The notes: generated by a model not told the origin, from the sequence alone. Positions 1 to 7,884 are shown, counted from the stretch's first letter. The stretch is DNA of 14,819 bases from Candidatus Odinarchaeia archaeon (GCA_029856525.1 JAHQXC010000030.1:1-14819), one strand, 5' to 3'. Numbers and translations are program-made.

Positions 1-1
1 A

Positions 2-556
2 TATGTAGCTGAAACCGGTTTACAGGATAAAATCGTTTATAACTCTCTTAATTTAAAAACACCTGTAGAAGAGTTTAACCTGCTTAAAGAAAACTATATT
101 ACTTCGGCTTTACTTTTAGCTTACAGTGACGACGCGTTCACTTCAACTAAAAGAATTGAAAATATTAAAAAATTATTAGAGTTAACTTCAAATTTTATCA
201 CTAAACCTTTAATCGACACATATATTCTAGATATTCCAAGTCTAGGAATGGCTTGTAAAGCCATGGCTAAGATTAAAGAAGACTTAGGGCTCCCTGTAGG
301 AGGGGGTACAGAGAACGCGGTTGCAACTTGGAGAGGGCTGGCAACTAAATTCGGCATAGAATATAAGAATTCCTGCGTTGCCGGTGCAGCTGCCACAGCT
401 GCATGTTTCGGAGCTGATTTCATACTTTACGGTCCGATAGAAAGATGCAGCTATGTTTTTCCAACAGTTGCAATGGTGGATGCTGCCATTCAGCAGACAG
501 TTATAGAAGAAGGTGGTAAGCCGAATCGATCTTTACCGTTATTTAAAATCGGTTGA
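2..556 (+). CDS. mtrH: Tetrahydromethanopterin S-methyltransferase subunit H (MtrH family), 5'-truncated by window edge
   Basis: The frame is open from position 2 (YVAETGLQDKIVYNSLN...KPLIDTYILD...) into the listed ORF 248..556. Motifs IYNS, KPLID, GLPVGGG.EN and GADFILYGPIE...VFPTVAMVD match MtrH. Stop TGA at 554-556. Confidence 0.88.
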   Translation, partial: YVAETGLQDKIVYNSLNLKTPVEEFNLLKENYITSALLLAYSDDAFTSTKRIENIKKLLELTSNFITKPLIDTYILDIPSLGMACKAMAKIKEDLGLPVGGGTENAVATWRGLATKFGIEYKNSCVAGAAATAACFGADFILYGPIERCSYVFPTVAMVDAAIQQTVIEEGGKPNRSLPLFKIG

Positions 557-572
557 TGAGAGGTGTATTAAT

Positions 573-1136
573 ATCTCTCTTCCAGCTAAAAAAGAAATAT
601 ATCAATTTTTCAGAGAATTGAAGCTTGAAAAAAATATTATAAAACATAGTGAAGCTGTGTGTAACGCGGCTTTAGAAATCGCTGGATTAATTGAAACCTC
701 GCTTGCACCTGTGAATCTTAGTCTAGTTGAAGCCGGGGCTCTTCTCCATGATATAGGACGGAGTAAGGTGAACGACCTAACTCATGGTTTTATAGGGGGT
801 CAAATAATATTAAGTAAAGGCTGGCCTGTAGAGCTTAAAAGAATTGCTGAAACACATATTCTAGGCGGTTTAACTGAACAGGAGGCAGTTATACTCGGTT
901 TACCTCCAGCGGATTACACTCCTAAGACTATCGAAGAAAAAATTTGCTGCTACGCTGATAAAATCACTTTAGAGACTAAACGTGTTTCAGTTGATGAAAG
1001 ATTCCAAGTATGGTTCTCTAAATACGGTGAAACACCGCTTATTAAAGAAGCTTATCAAAGGGTTAAAGCAATAGAGGCTGAGCTTACTAAAACCTTCAAG
1101 AGGACTGGAGGCTCTTCTTCAACTCTTCTATTTTAG
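573..1136 (+). CDS. HD-domain (HDIG-type) metal-dependent phosphohydrolase, archaeal TIGR00295-like
   Basis: Motifs HSEAV, GALLHDIGRSK, HGFIGG, ETHI and EEKICCYADK. The ORF track starts at GTG 513 inside mtrH. A GAGGTG RBS at 560-565 points instead to a start at 573 (ATC) or 567 (ATT); see findings. Confidence 0.85.
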   Translation: MSLPAKKEIYQFFRELKLEKNIIKHSEAVCNAALEIAGLIETSLAPVNLSLVEAGALLHDIGRSKVNDLTHGFIGGQIILSKGWPVELKRIAETHILGGLTEQEAVILGLPPADYTPKTIEEKICCYADKITLETKRVSVDERFQVWFSKYGETPLIKEAYQRVKAIEAELTKTFKRTGGSSSTLLF

Positions 1137-1620
1137 CGATTAACACGTTTATAAGCTTAGAGTTATCTTTATATAAAAGCTGGCCGCCGCAATTCGGACA
1201 TTTAAACATAGCTTCCATAGCCTCCTCGAAAGTTAACCTAACGTTCTCATCTTTCTCGCATTGATAAAATTGATGCTCTCTCTCATATTTTAAACGGTCT
1301 TCGAGAACTTTCAAAACAGTTATCTTTCTCCGATTGACTACATCATATATTTTTTTGGGGTTTAAACGCCAATAGTAAATATACCAACCGGTGTTTTTAT
1401 CCCGTTCCCGGCGATAAGAAGCTATATGATTATCGTAAAGCTTGTAGAGGATTTTTCTAACTAAATTAAGTTTTAAACCAGTTTTTTGAGAAATATACTC
1501 GTCTGTAACCTCTTCATCATCTTTTAACAAGCTTACAACATTCATATCGATTTCAGTGTCTAAATCCCCTATTATACTATTAAACGGTTTATTTTTTAAC
1601 TCCGAATTCATATCAATCAT
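1096..1620 (-). CDS. tfe: Transcription factor E (TFE alpha)
   Basis: Winged-helix segment (DEYISQKTGLKLNLVRKILYKLYD...GWYIYYW) plus Zn ribbon (C...LTFEEAMEAMFKCPNCG). Confidence 0.95.
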   Translation of the reverse strand: MIDMNSELKNKPFNSIIGDLDTEIDMNVVSLLKDDEEVTDEYISQKTGLKLNLVRKILYKLYDNHIASYRRERDKNTGWYIYYWRLNPKKIYDVVNRRKITVLKVLEDRLKYEREHQFYQCEKDENVRLTFEEAMEAMFKCPNCGGQLLYKDNSKLINVLIAKIEELKKSLQSS

Positions 1621-1713
1621 CTATAATGTTAAAGAGAAATAAAATAAACGAACTCTTTATTTATAAATATTCTTTTTATAAAGTTTAAATATTATGTTTT
1701 GAAGGGCATCCGT

Positions 1714-2238
1714 ATGATCGGTGTTTTAAGGCTAGGTCACAGGGTTGAAAGAGATAAGAGAATCACCACTCACGTATTTTTAACAGCAAGAGCATTTGGC
1801 GCAGACTTCGGGGTATTCACCGGAGATAGAGATAACAATATTATAGAATCGCTGGCGGAGACTGTTAGAAGATGGGGGGGAAGCTTTAAAGTCGAGTATA
1901 GTGAGAGCCACGTTAAAACGATAAATGAATTTAAGAGTAAAGGGTTTAAAATAGTTCATTTAACAATGTACGGTCTCCCTGTTAAAGCTAAAATACGCGA
2001 ATTAAAATCTTTTAAAGATATCTTGTTAATCGTCGGAGGCGCGAAGGTTCCAAGAGAAGTATATACTTTATCAGATTATAATATAAGCGTGGGCTCTCAG
2101 CCTCACAGCGAAGTAGCCGCGTTATCTATATTCTTACACGAATACTATGAGGGTAGAGAACTTGAAATATCCTTCCCAAACGCTCGACTAGTAGTTGAAC
2201 CTCAGGAGAGAGGTAAAAAAGTTTTGAAACGTTTCTAG
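1714..2238 (+). CDS. trm56: tRNA (cytidine(56)-2'-O)-methyltransferase, SPOUT family
   Basis: Motifs RLGHRVERDKRITTHVFLTARAFGAD, VHLTMYG, VGGAKVP and NISVGSQPHSEVAAL. Likely start is ATG 1714 rather than TTG 1699. Confidence 0.95.
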   Translation: MIGVLRLGHRVERDKRITTHVFLTARAFGADFGVFTGDRDNNIIESLAETVRRWGGSFKVEYSESHVKTINEFKSKGFKIVHLTMYGLPVKAKIRELKSFKDILLIVGGAKVPREVYTLSDYNISVGSQPHSEVAALSIFLHEYYEGRELEISFPNARLVVEPQERGKKVLKRF

Positions 2239-2407
2239 TGAGCTGAATAGTCTAAAACAGTTTCTCCAGTATACTTGTCCTGTTAACTAATAAGCGGGAA
2301 GGTTAACTATACCGGCGGCAAGCCGATATAATATGGAGTTTAGAGGCTGTAAACTTACCAGCCTCACACAGTTCTGAAAACTAATCTTGTTCAGTTATGG
2401 TTGTATT

Positions 2408-2893
2408 TCATATCTTCTTTTTCTTAAGATTTACCACGTCACCTAATGTTAACTCTCCGCTTGTAGAAGATGGTTTAGAAGCCGACAACTCCGTTGACTC
2501 AATTAATCTTATATTAAAGAATTTCTCTAATTTTCGAATTAGATTTTCATCAGGTTCAAGTCTCCCCGTCTCTATTTTGCTTATAACCGAAGGCTTCTCT
2601 TTGATAAGTTTAGCTAGCTCATCCTGGGTAAGCTTCCTCCTCTCTCTTTCATTCTTTATAATTTTAAAATAATCGGGTTTAAGCTCAAAGATTCTCTCCG
2701 CTGTAGTATCTAGTTTAGCTTTCACAATATTTTTAGCAGATTCCGCTCTTCTTTTAGTTTTAACTTCAAGTAGCTTGCTCTCTTCAACTATGGTCCCGTA
2801 TTTCGAGCAATCCTCGCAGACTGATAAAACCGCCCCGTCTAAAGATATGTAAAATGTTTTAGACGTGTTTTTCCCGCATATCTCACATTGCAA
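2408..2893 (-). CDS. mbf1: Archaeal multiprotein bridging factor 1 (Zn ribbon + HTH)
   Basis: N-terminal CEICG...CEDCSKYG, HTH (LTQDELAKLIKEKPSVISKIETG) and C-terminal LTLGD. TTG start with a GAGGGG RBS. Confidence 0.93.
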   Translation of the reverse strand: MQCEICGKNTSKTFYISLDGAVLSVCEDCSKYGTIVEESKLLEVKTKRRAESAKNIVKAKLDTTAERIFELKPDYFKIIKNERERRKLTQDELAKLIKEKPSVISKIETGRLEPDENLIRKLEKFFNIRLIESTELSASKPSSTSGELTLGDVVNLKKKKI

Positions 2894-2932
2894 TATAAAT
2901 CCCCTCTAAACTCTGTTAAATCCGTGAATAAT

Positions 2933-2946
2933 AAAGGTTAACCTTT
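2933..2946. promoter_or_regulatory. Perfect 14-bp palindrome (AAAGGTTAACCTTT) in the divergent mbf1/pan promoter region; candidate operator
   Basis: The palindrome is read directly. It overlaps a TTTTATAAAA TATA-like tract (2944-2953). Function is inferred. Confidence 0.35.
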
Positions 2947-3117
2947 TATAAAAAATTATTAAGTGGAGTTCACATTAGAATATGCATGAAAGCGATGTAT
3001 TTAAAATATAAAGTCAGTTTTTAAATATAATTGGCATAAAAATGTTAATGATAAATTTTTAATTAGGTTTGATTAAATTCTTTTATAGATTTACCCTCTC
3101 TTTGGAGGTATATTCAT

Positions 3118-4314
3118 TTGACTGAAACATCAGGTGCTAAAAAAGAAGTTGAAGAAGACTCTTATCTAGTAACATATACTAAGCATTTAGAGCGTAAGAT
3201 ACGGGCGCTGGAAACTGAGAAACAGCTGATCGACGCTGAAAGAATCAGGCTTGAACGCGAAGTGCACGCTATAAGAACCGAGTTAGAGAGAATGAGGCAG
3301 ACGCCTCTTATAGCTGCGACTGTAGTGGATGTTTTAGAGGATGGTAGGGTTATTGTTAAAAGCAGTACAGGGCCTCACTTCGTAGTTCAGGCGTTCAGCG
3401 GTTTAGGTTCGTCTAAAATAGTTCCAGGGGCTCGCGTAGCTTTAAATCAGAGAACCTTCTCGTTAGTAGAAGTACTACCGCCTACTCGAGACCCGTTCGT
3501 TAGAGCTATGGAGGTTGAAGAAGCACCACAGGTAACTTATGATGATATAGGAGGTTTAAAAGAGCAGATAAGAGAGATCAGGGAAACAGTTGAACTCCCC
3601 TTGTTGAAACCTGAACTGTTTAAAAAAGTGGGTATAGATCCTCCTAAAGGCGTCCTCCTATATGGTCCTCCTGGAACAGGTAAAACAATGGTTGCCCGAG
3701 CAGTCGCTCATGAAACTAAAACCACGTTTATCCGCGTTATCAGCTCCGAGCTTGTACAAAAGTTTATAGGAGAGGGGGCTAGGCTTGTAAGAGACATTTT
3801 TAATATGGCTAGGGAGAAAGCGCCTAGCATCGTATTCATAGATGAAATAGACGCTGTGGGCAGTAAGCGAATGGATTTAGCTACAAGCGGGGATAGAGAG
3901 GTTCAACGAACACTTATGCAGCTTTTAAGCGAATTAGACGGCTTCGATGCTAGAGGAGACGTGCGGATTATAGCCGCCACCAACCGTCCTGATATATTAG
4001 ATCCAGCTTTACTCAGACCGGGTAGATTCGACCGGATGATAGAATTCCCGCTTCCTGATGAAGAGGCTAGAGCGGATATTTTCCGAATTCACACTAGGCG
4101 TATGAATTTAGATGAATCGATCTCCTTCGCTGAATTAGTGAAAAAGACGGACGGAGCGACAGGGGCGGATATTAAAGCGATATGCACTGAAGCCGGTATG
4201 TTCGCTATAAGAGAGTTGAGGGATAAAGTTACAATGGAGGATTTCCTGAACGCTGTGGATAAAATAATGGGGAAGGAGAAGAGCGAGAGGTTTCACCACC
4301 AACTTTACGGTTAA
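3118..4314 (+). CDS. pan: Proteasome-activating nucleotidase (AAA+ ATPase)
   Basis: N-terminal coiled coil and OB domain, Walker A GPPGTGKT, Walker [32 protein letters not shown] and C-terminal HbYX motif (LYG). GGAGGT RBS before the TTG start. Confidence 0.97.
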   Translation: MTETSGAKKEVEEDSYLVTYTKHLERKIRALETEKQLIDAERIRLEREVHAIRTELERMRQTPLIAATVVDVLEDGRVIVKSSTGPHFVVQAFSGLGSSKIVPGARVALNQRTFSLVEVLPPTRDPFVRAMEVEEAPQVTYDDIGGLKEQIREIRETVELPLLKPELFKKVGIDPPKGVLLYGPPGTGKTMVARAVAHETKTTFIRVISSELVQKFIGEGARLVRDIFNMAREKAPSIVFIDEIDAVGSKRMDLATSGDREVQRTLMQLLSELDGFDARGDVRIIAATNRPDILDPALLRPGRFDRMIEFPLPDEEARADIFRIHTRRMNLDESISFAELVKKTDGATGADIKAICTEAGMFAIRELRDKVTMEDFLNAVDKIMGKEKSERFHHQLYG

Positions 4315-4323
4315 CTTTCAGAG

Positions 4324-4842
4324 TTGTCTTCGATGAATACTGGTAGCGTAAACTTATACGATGTTAAACGGCTTATCTTACTGTTCAACTATCAGTATAG
4401 AACTAATAAGGGTGAAGAATATTTTAATATCCCTTTATCTGTGCGCAGATCAGGGCGGACGGGTAGAATCCGTTACATCTATTCGGATAAAGTTTTAATC
4501 GCCACTCTGAAACCTACAGACGGTCATCTTATTCTATCGCTGAAAGGGGCTGAGCGATTTTTAAAGATTATTCCTAAACCTTCAAGTAGAGTTATAGTAG
4601 AGTCAGCTGTTGAGTCATTTATACGAGAGGGTAGAAATGTTTACGCTAAACATGTTAAGTCTTGTGATAGAGAGATTAGACCTTTAGATGAAGTATTAGT
4701 AGTTAATGATGAAGATGAGCTTTTAGCAATAGGACGCGCCCGTCTTAACGGTGATGAAATGAAGTTTTTCAAATACGGGGTTGCTGTTGACGTGCGAAAG
4801 GGGGTTGATAGTTTAAATGATGAGGAGAAAGTTGAATCCTAA
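4324..4842 (+). CDS. PUA-domain protein resembling the C-terminal domains of archaeosine tRNA-guanine transglycosylase
   Basis: Motifs YQY, SGRTGRIR, DGHLILSLKGA, GRNVYAKHV...IRPLDEVLVV and GVAVDVRKG. No TIM-barrel catalytic domain. Start may be ATG 4333. Confidence 0.85.
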   Translation: MSSMNTGSVNLYDVKRLILLFNYQYRTNKGEEYFNIPLSVRRSGRTGRIRYIYSDKVLIATLKPTDGHLILSLKGAERFLKIIPKPSSRVIVESAVESFIREGRNVYAKHVKSCDREIRPLDEVLVVNDEDELLAIGRARLNGDEMKFFKYGVAVDVRKGVDSLNDEEKVES

Positions 4843-5200
4843 GTTGATGAAAAAAGCGATGAAGAAAATGGGGATAAACGTTGAAGAAATACCGGACGCC
4901 ATTGAAGTTATTATAAAATGTTCTGAGAGAGAGTTGATCATCTCGAATCCGCAGGTTACACGGATAACAGGCGCCGGTCAGGAGAGTTTTCAAGTTACCG
5001 GTGTGGTTAGTGAAAGAGGTTTGAATGTAACTGCATCGCGCCAAGTCGCCGATGAAACCTCAGCGAATTTAGAAATACCGGTAGAGGATGTTAAACTAGT
5101 CTGCTCTCAGACTGGAGCTAGTGAAGAGGAGGCTGAGGAAGCGCTCAGGTTAGCAGGCGGAAACATAGCTCAAGCTATAATAAATTTAAAAAACAGGTAG
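4817..5200 (+). CDS. nac: Nascent polypeptide-associated complex protein (NAC + UBA domains)
   Basis: Motifs NPKLMKKAMKKMGI.VEEI...EVII...I.NPQV, and UBA-like EDVKLVCSQTGASEEEAEEAL...GNIAQAI. Confidence 0.95.
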   Translation: MMRRKLNPKLMKKAMKKMGINVEEIPDAIEVIIKCSERELIISNPQVTRITGAGQESFQVTGVVSERGLNVTASRQVADETSANLEIPVEDVKLVCSQTGASEEEAEEALRLAGGNIAQAIINLKNR

Positions 5201-5836
5201 CTATCTTTCACTAAGTTTCCTTTTAATAAATTTAAGTCTAGTGAAATCCTCTCTCTCAGCTTCTTCAAGGTGAAGTTCAATATAATTTATAGTCGCCTCT
5301 ATCCTCGGGATTACAATAAATTTAAGCGCGTTAACTCTTCTCTTAGACTTCTCTATTTCTTCAGCTAACCTTTTAACACTACCCTCTATCTCAGCTAGTT
5401 TAATAATAGTATCCAAGGCTTTTGTAAAATACCTTTTAGCGTCATCTGTTTTAGATGAGAATCCTATTAAACTATGTTGAGCTGTATCCTCCTCTCTGCT
5501 TATAATATTTAGTTTAGGCATTTTAACACCCATCACATTATGGGTTTCCACCTCTAAGTTTAACGTTGGTTTTATAGAGGCTGCTAAACTGTATAATTTA
5601 AGCGGACCGTCGATCATCTTAGCATACTTTAAATTTAGAAAAGCCTGGGCTAAATCTTCTTGAAGTTTATCTCTAAGATCTTTAACATCTTCTATCAGCC
5701 TGAAAAACTCCATGATTAACGCATCCCGCTTCTCTTTTAACAATTCGTATCCTTTCTGGGCTAGCTGCTTCTTCTTTTTAAGTGCGAGAAGCTCCATTCT
5801 AGTAGCTTTAACACCGGTTATTATACTAGCAGGCAT
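5201..5836 (-). CDS. atpD: A/V-type ATP synthase subunit D
   Basis: Motifs TRMELLALK..LAQKGYELLKEKRDAL, NVMGV and EIEKSKRRVNALKFIVIP. Confidence 0.95.
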   Translation of the reverse strand: MPASIITGVKATRMELLALKKKKQLAQKGYELLKEKRDALIMEFFRLIEDVKDLRDKLQEDLAQAFLNLKYAKMIDGPLKLYSLAASIKPTLNLEVETHNVMGVKMPKLNIISREEDTAQHSLIGFSSKTDDAKRYFTKALDTIIKLAEIEGSVKRLAEEIEKSKRRVNALKFIVIPRIEATINYIELHLEEAEREDFTRLKFIKRKLSER

Positions 5837-5898
5837 GTAACCACATCCAAGATGAGTGTTTAATATAAGAGTATAAATATTTTACAGCGAGCGGGAAA

Positions 5899-7164
5899 TT
5901 AATTGTTTTTCTGGATGTCACTGAACGTTATTAATTCCGTTTCCATAGGTTTCTTCTGTATTTTCCCGATTCTAGCACCTATAATATATCTTATTTTTTT
6001 CTGTGAGGCTAAGTCGACAATTCTCTGGGTTATAACTCCGTCGAAGGCGACTGTATTAGCCCCCTCTATGCTTTCAAGTTTATCAGCTAACTCTGAGACA
6101 GGCAGCCGAGCGATTTCTTCACCCCCCTCGTTTAGAATTAAAGCCTGAGATGTTTCAGGCAGCGTGGAGATTTTATCAACGACAGCGTCAGGTAAGCTGA
6201 TAGAGGGTTTAACCCGTCTGCCTCTCTTCACAGCTCTATGAGGATATGCATGTCTGCTCACATTCATCTCTTTACCCTTCTCTTCTACCGGTTCAGATTG
6301 AGGCTTATACTCTTTGTAGACTGGTTTATATTGGCTTAAAATCTGTTCTACAGGCACCTTGTTTCTAAGACACTTCACTATTTCTTTTCTCGTAAGCTCC
6401 TCCACTTCCTTCCCAGGAGGGGCTCTAGCCACGTAATCTATATCTGCTACTTGAAGAAGCTCTTTTAGAATAAGCTCTCCGCCTCTATCTCCGTCTGTGA
6501 AAACCGTCACCACTTTCTGATTGCAGAGATCTATTATAGACTTAGGTATATTTGTACCTTCCACGGCGACAGTGTTCCTGAATCCGTGTTTCAACAGATT
6601 TATAACATCCGCTCTTCCCTCTACTATTATTATTGAATCAGACTCTTCTAATCCTGGACCAGCCGGCAGCTCCTCCGGTCCATACTTAGTTATAGACTCT
6701 GTTTTAATAGCGCGCATCACAGCGTCTGTTATATCCGCGGTCTCCGGGGCCACTGTCTCAGTCCATTTTTTTAGAATATCAGCGGCTCTATCCAGTATTT
6801 TCTCTCTTTTAGCACTTCTAACATCTTCGATTTTCTCTAACGTCATTCTCGCAGTGCACGGTCCCACTCGATCTATGGTTTCGAGCGCTGCGGCTAGTAT
6901 AGCTGTTTCAGCTCTGTCTAAGCTCGACGGGACAGTGATCTCGCCTGTTGCTTTCCCGTTTTTCAATTCTAATGTGACGCCTATTCTTCCTATTCGCCCT
7001 GTTTTCTGCAGCTCTCTGAGATCTAGTTCATCTCCTAGCAATCCCTCTGTTTGACCGAAAACAGCCCCTATAACATCCGGTTTTTCAACAACACCGTCAA
7101 CTTCAAACCTGACTTTTATAATATATTTTATAGTGTTAAATTCTTCTTTATCATTTAATGACAA
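5899..7164 (-). CDS. dnaG: Archaeal DnaG-type primase (exosome-associated Toprim protein)
   Basis: Motifs GVVEKPDVIGAVFGQTEGLLG.ELDLRELQKTGRIGRI, Toprim VEGRADV...FTDGDRGG and DGVITQRIVD. GGAGG RBS before the TTG start. Confidence 0.97.
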   Translation of the reverse strand: MSLNDKEEFNTIKYIIKVRFEVDGVVEKPDVIGAVFGQTEGLLGDELDLRELQKTGRIGRIGVTLELKNGKATGEITVPSSLDRAETAILAAALETIDRVGPCTARMTLEKIEDVRSAKREKILDRAADILKKWTETVAPETADITDAVMRAIKTESITKYGPEELPAGPGLEESDSIIIVEGRADVINLLKHGFRNTVAVEGTNIPKSIIDLCNQKVVTVFTDGDRGGELILKELLQVADIDYVARAPPGKEVEELTRKEIVKCLRNKVPVEQILSQYKPVYKEYKPQSEPVEEKGKEMNVSRHAYPHRAVKRGRRVKPSISLPDAVVDKISTLPETSQALILNEGGEEIARLPVSELADKLESIEGANTVAFDGVITQRIVDLASQKKIRYIIGARIGKIQKKPMETELITFSDIQKNN

Positions 7165-7313
7165 TGATGATCATCCTCCCGTGATTGAGTTAATTATAGG
7201 TGAATTAGTTGATTATAGATTAAGCTGATAATCTCTTTAAGCGGGATTATCTCACATAAAACAATTCTTTTTTAGAATAAAAAGCTAATCTTTTTAATAC
7301 TATAACCTTTTAA

Positions 7314-7498
7314 CTTTATCGGCGGGGAAGTCCCCTGTGAAAGCTGAAAAGTATTTATAGTTTCCAATTCAAAAGGATAAAGATGCGGGGCTGGGACACC
7401 CTGAGACGCCTGCTGAGATAGAGCTTCTACCGGTCGAAACACCAGCAAGCTCCGTCATTGAAGCAGGAAACCCCATTCGATGAGGAGGGGTAGTTCAC
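7314..7498 (+). mobile_element. Non-autonomous IS200/IS605-family (tnpB-type) miniature element/remnant
   Basis: The right end GCAGGAAACCCC-N12-GGGGTAGTTCAC has the characteristic subterminal hairpin and a TCAC terminal motif. The frame from 7382 translates DAGLGHPETPAEIELLPVETPASSVIEAGNPIR*, resembling the TnpB C-terminal tail that overlaps the omegaRNA. No tnpA or tnpB body is present. The left boundary is uncertain: after TTTAA (7313) or after TTTAT (7319). Confidence 0.78.
7346..7360 (+). promoter_or_regulatory. BRE + TATA box inside the IS remnant
   Basis: GAAAAG (7346-7351) followed by TATTTATA (7352-7359). The expected start site is ~7381-7385, exactly where the tnpB-tail/omegaRNA-like sequence begins. 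Confidence 0.55.
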
Positions 7499-7518
7499 TC
7501 TATTCTATCATAATATCC
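7383..7518 (+). ncRNA. Putative orphan TnpB omegaRNA (reRNA): scaffold ~7383-7498 plus ~20-nt flank-derived guide
   Basis: Nested helices CCUGC(7409-13)/GCAGG(7463-67), GAGCUU(7421-26)/AAGCUC(7447-52) and GGU/ACC around CGAAAC. RE hairpin CCCC(7471-74)/GGGG(7487-90). The scaffold ends at UUCAC 7498. Guide length is inferred from TnpB biology. Confidence 0.65.
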
Positions 7519-7884
7519 TTTACTCCTCAAAAATTTTGATAGCCCTTCTATCTGAATGATAAAACCTTTTAAAACACTTTTAAGCAGCTTATAATACCGT
7601 AAATTAACTTTAACACCAACGGTTTGGAAATCTTTCACCAGCTTATTTTTTATTTTAGATCCTTCACTATCATAATCAGTTAAAATTATTACTTCTCTGT
7701 ATATTTTAAGCTCCTCTACTAATTCACTTATACTTCTACCGTTTATGCTATGAATGAGCCCTGTGACCCCGACTCTTCTAAGGCTTTCAGCATCTTTTCT
7801 ACCTTCAACTATTATCGGTATAGTGTTAGAGCTGCTATCTAATTCTTCTAAAAGGGCTTGGAGTTTTTTTAAATCTATGTTCAT
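7495..7884 (-). CDS. Small stand-alone Toprim-domain protein (RNase M5/primase-like)
   Basis: Motifs IIVEGRKDAESL and VIILTDYDSEG. Its TGA stop (7495-7497) is the complement of TCA in the IS right end. Confidence 0.88.
   Translation of the reverse strand: MNIDLKKLQALLEELDSSSNTIPIIVEGRKDAESLRRVGVTGLIHSINGRSISELVEELKIYREVIILTDYDSEGSKIKNKLVKDFQTVGVKVNLRYYKLLKSVLKGFIIQIEGLSKFLRSKGYYDRIE

Noticed and set aside
1240-1270. TFE Zn ribbon with C-x-x-D instead of C-x-x-C
   Set aside because: Variation at the second ligand is common among archaeal TFEs.
6521-7054. Long antisense ORFs (also 121-423, 2397-2672, 4769-5044, 5903-6148, 10027-10212, 12207-12449, 13566-13889, 14185-14625)
   Set aside because: They are shadow frames of well-conserved genes, with Ser/Ile/Phe-rich composition and no recognisable motifs.
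7163-7205. Box C/D sRNA starting at AATGATGA
   Set aside because: It is the antisense of the dnaG start codon and GGAGG RBS, and the D, C' and D' boxes are degenerate.
7227-7251. Inverted repeat GATAATC-N11-GATTATC as the true left end of the IS (TTGAT at 7209-13)
   Set aside because: An empty site at TTGAT would not restore a nearby Toprim stop and would delete the probable dnaG promoter region. It may be a dnaG operator, but support is weak.
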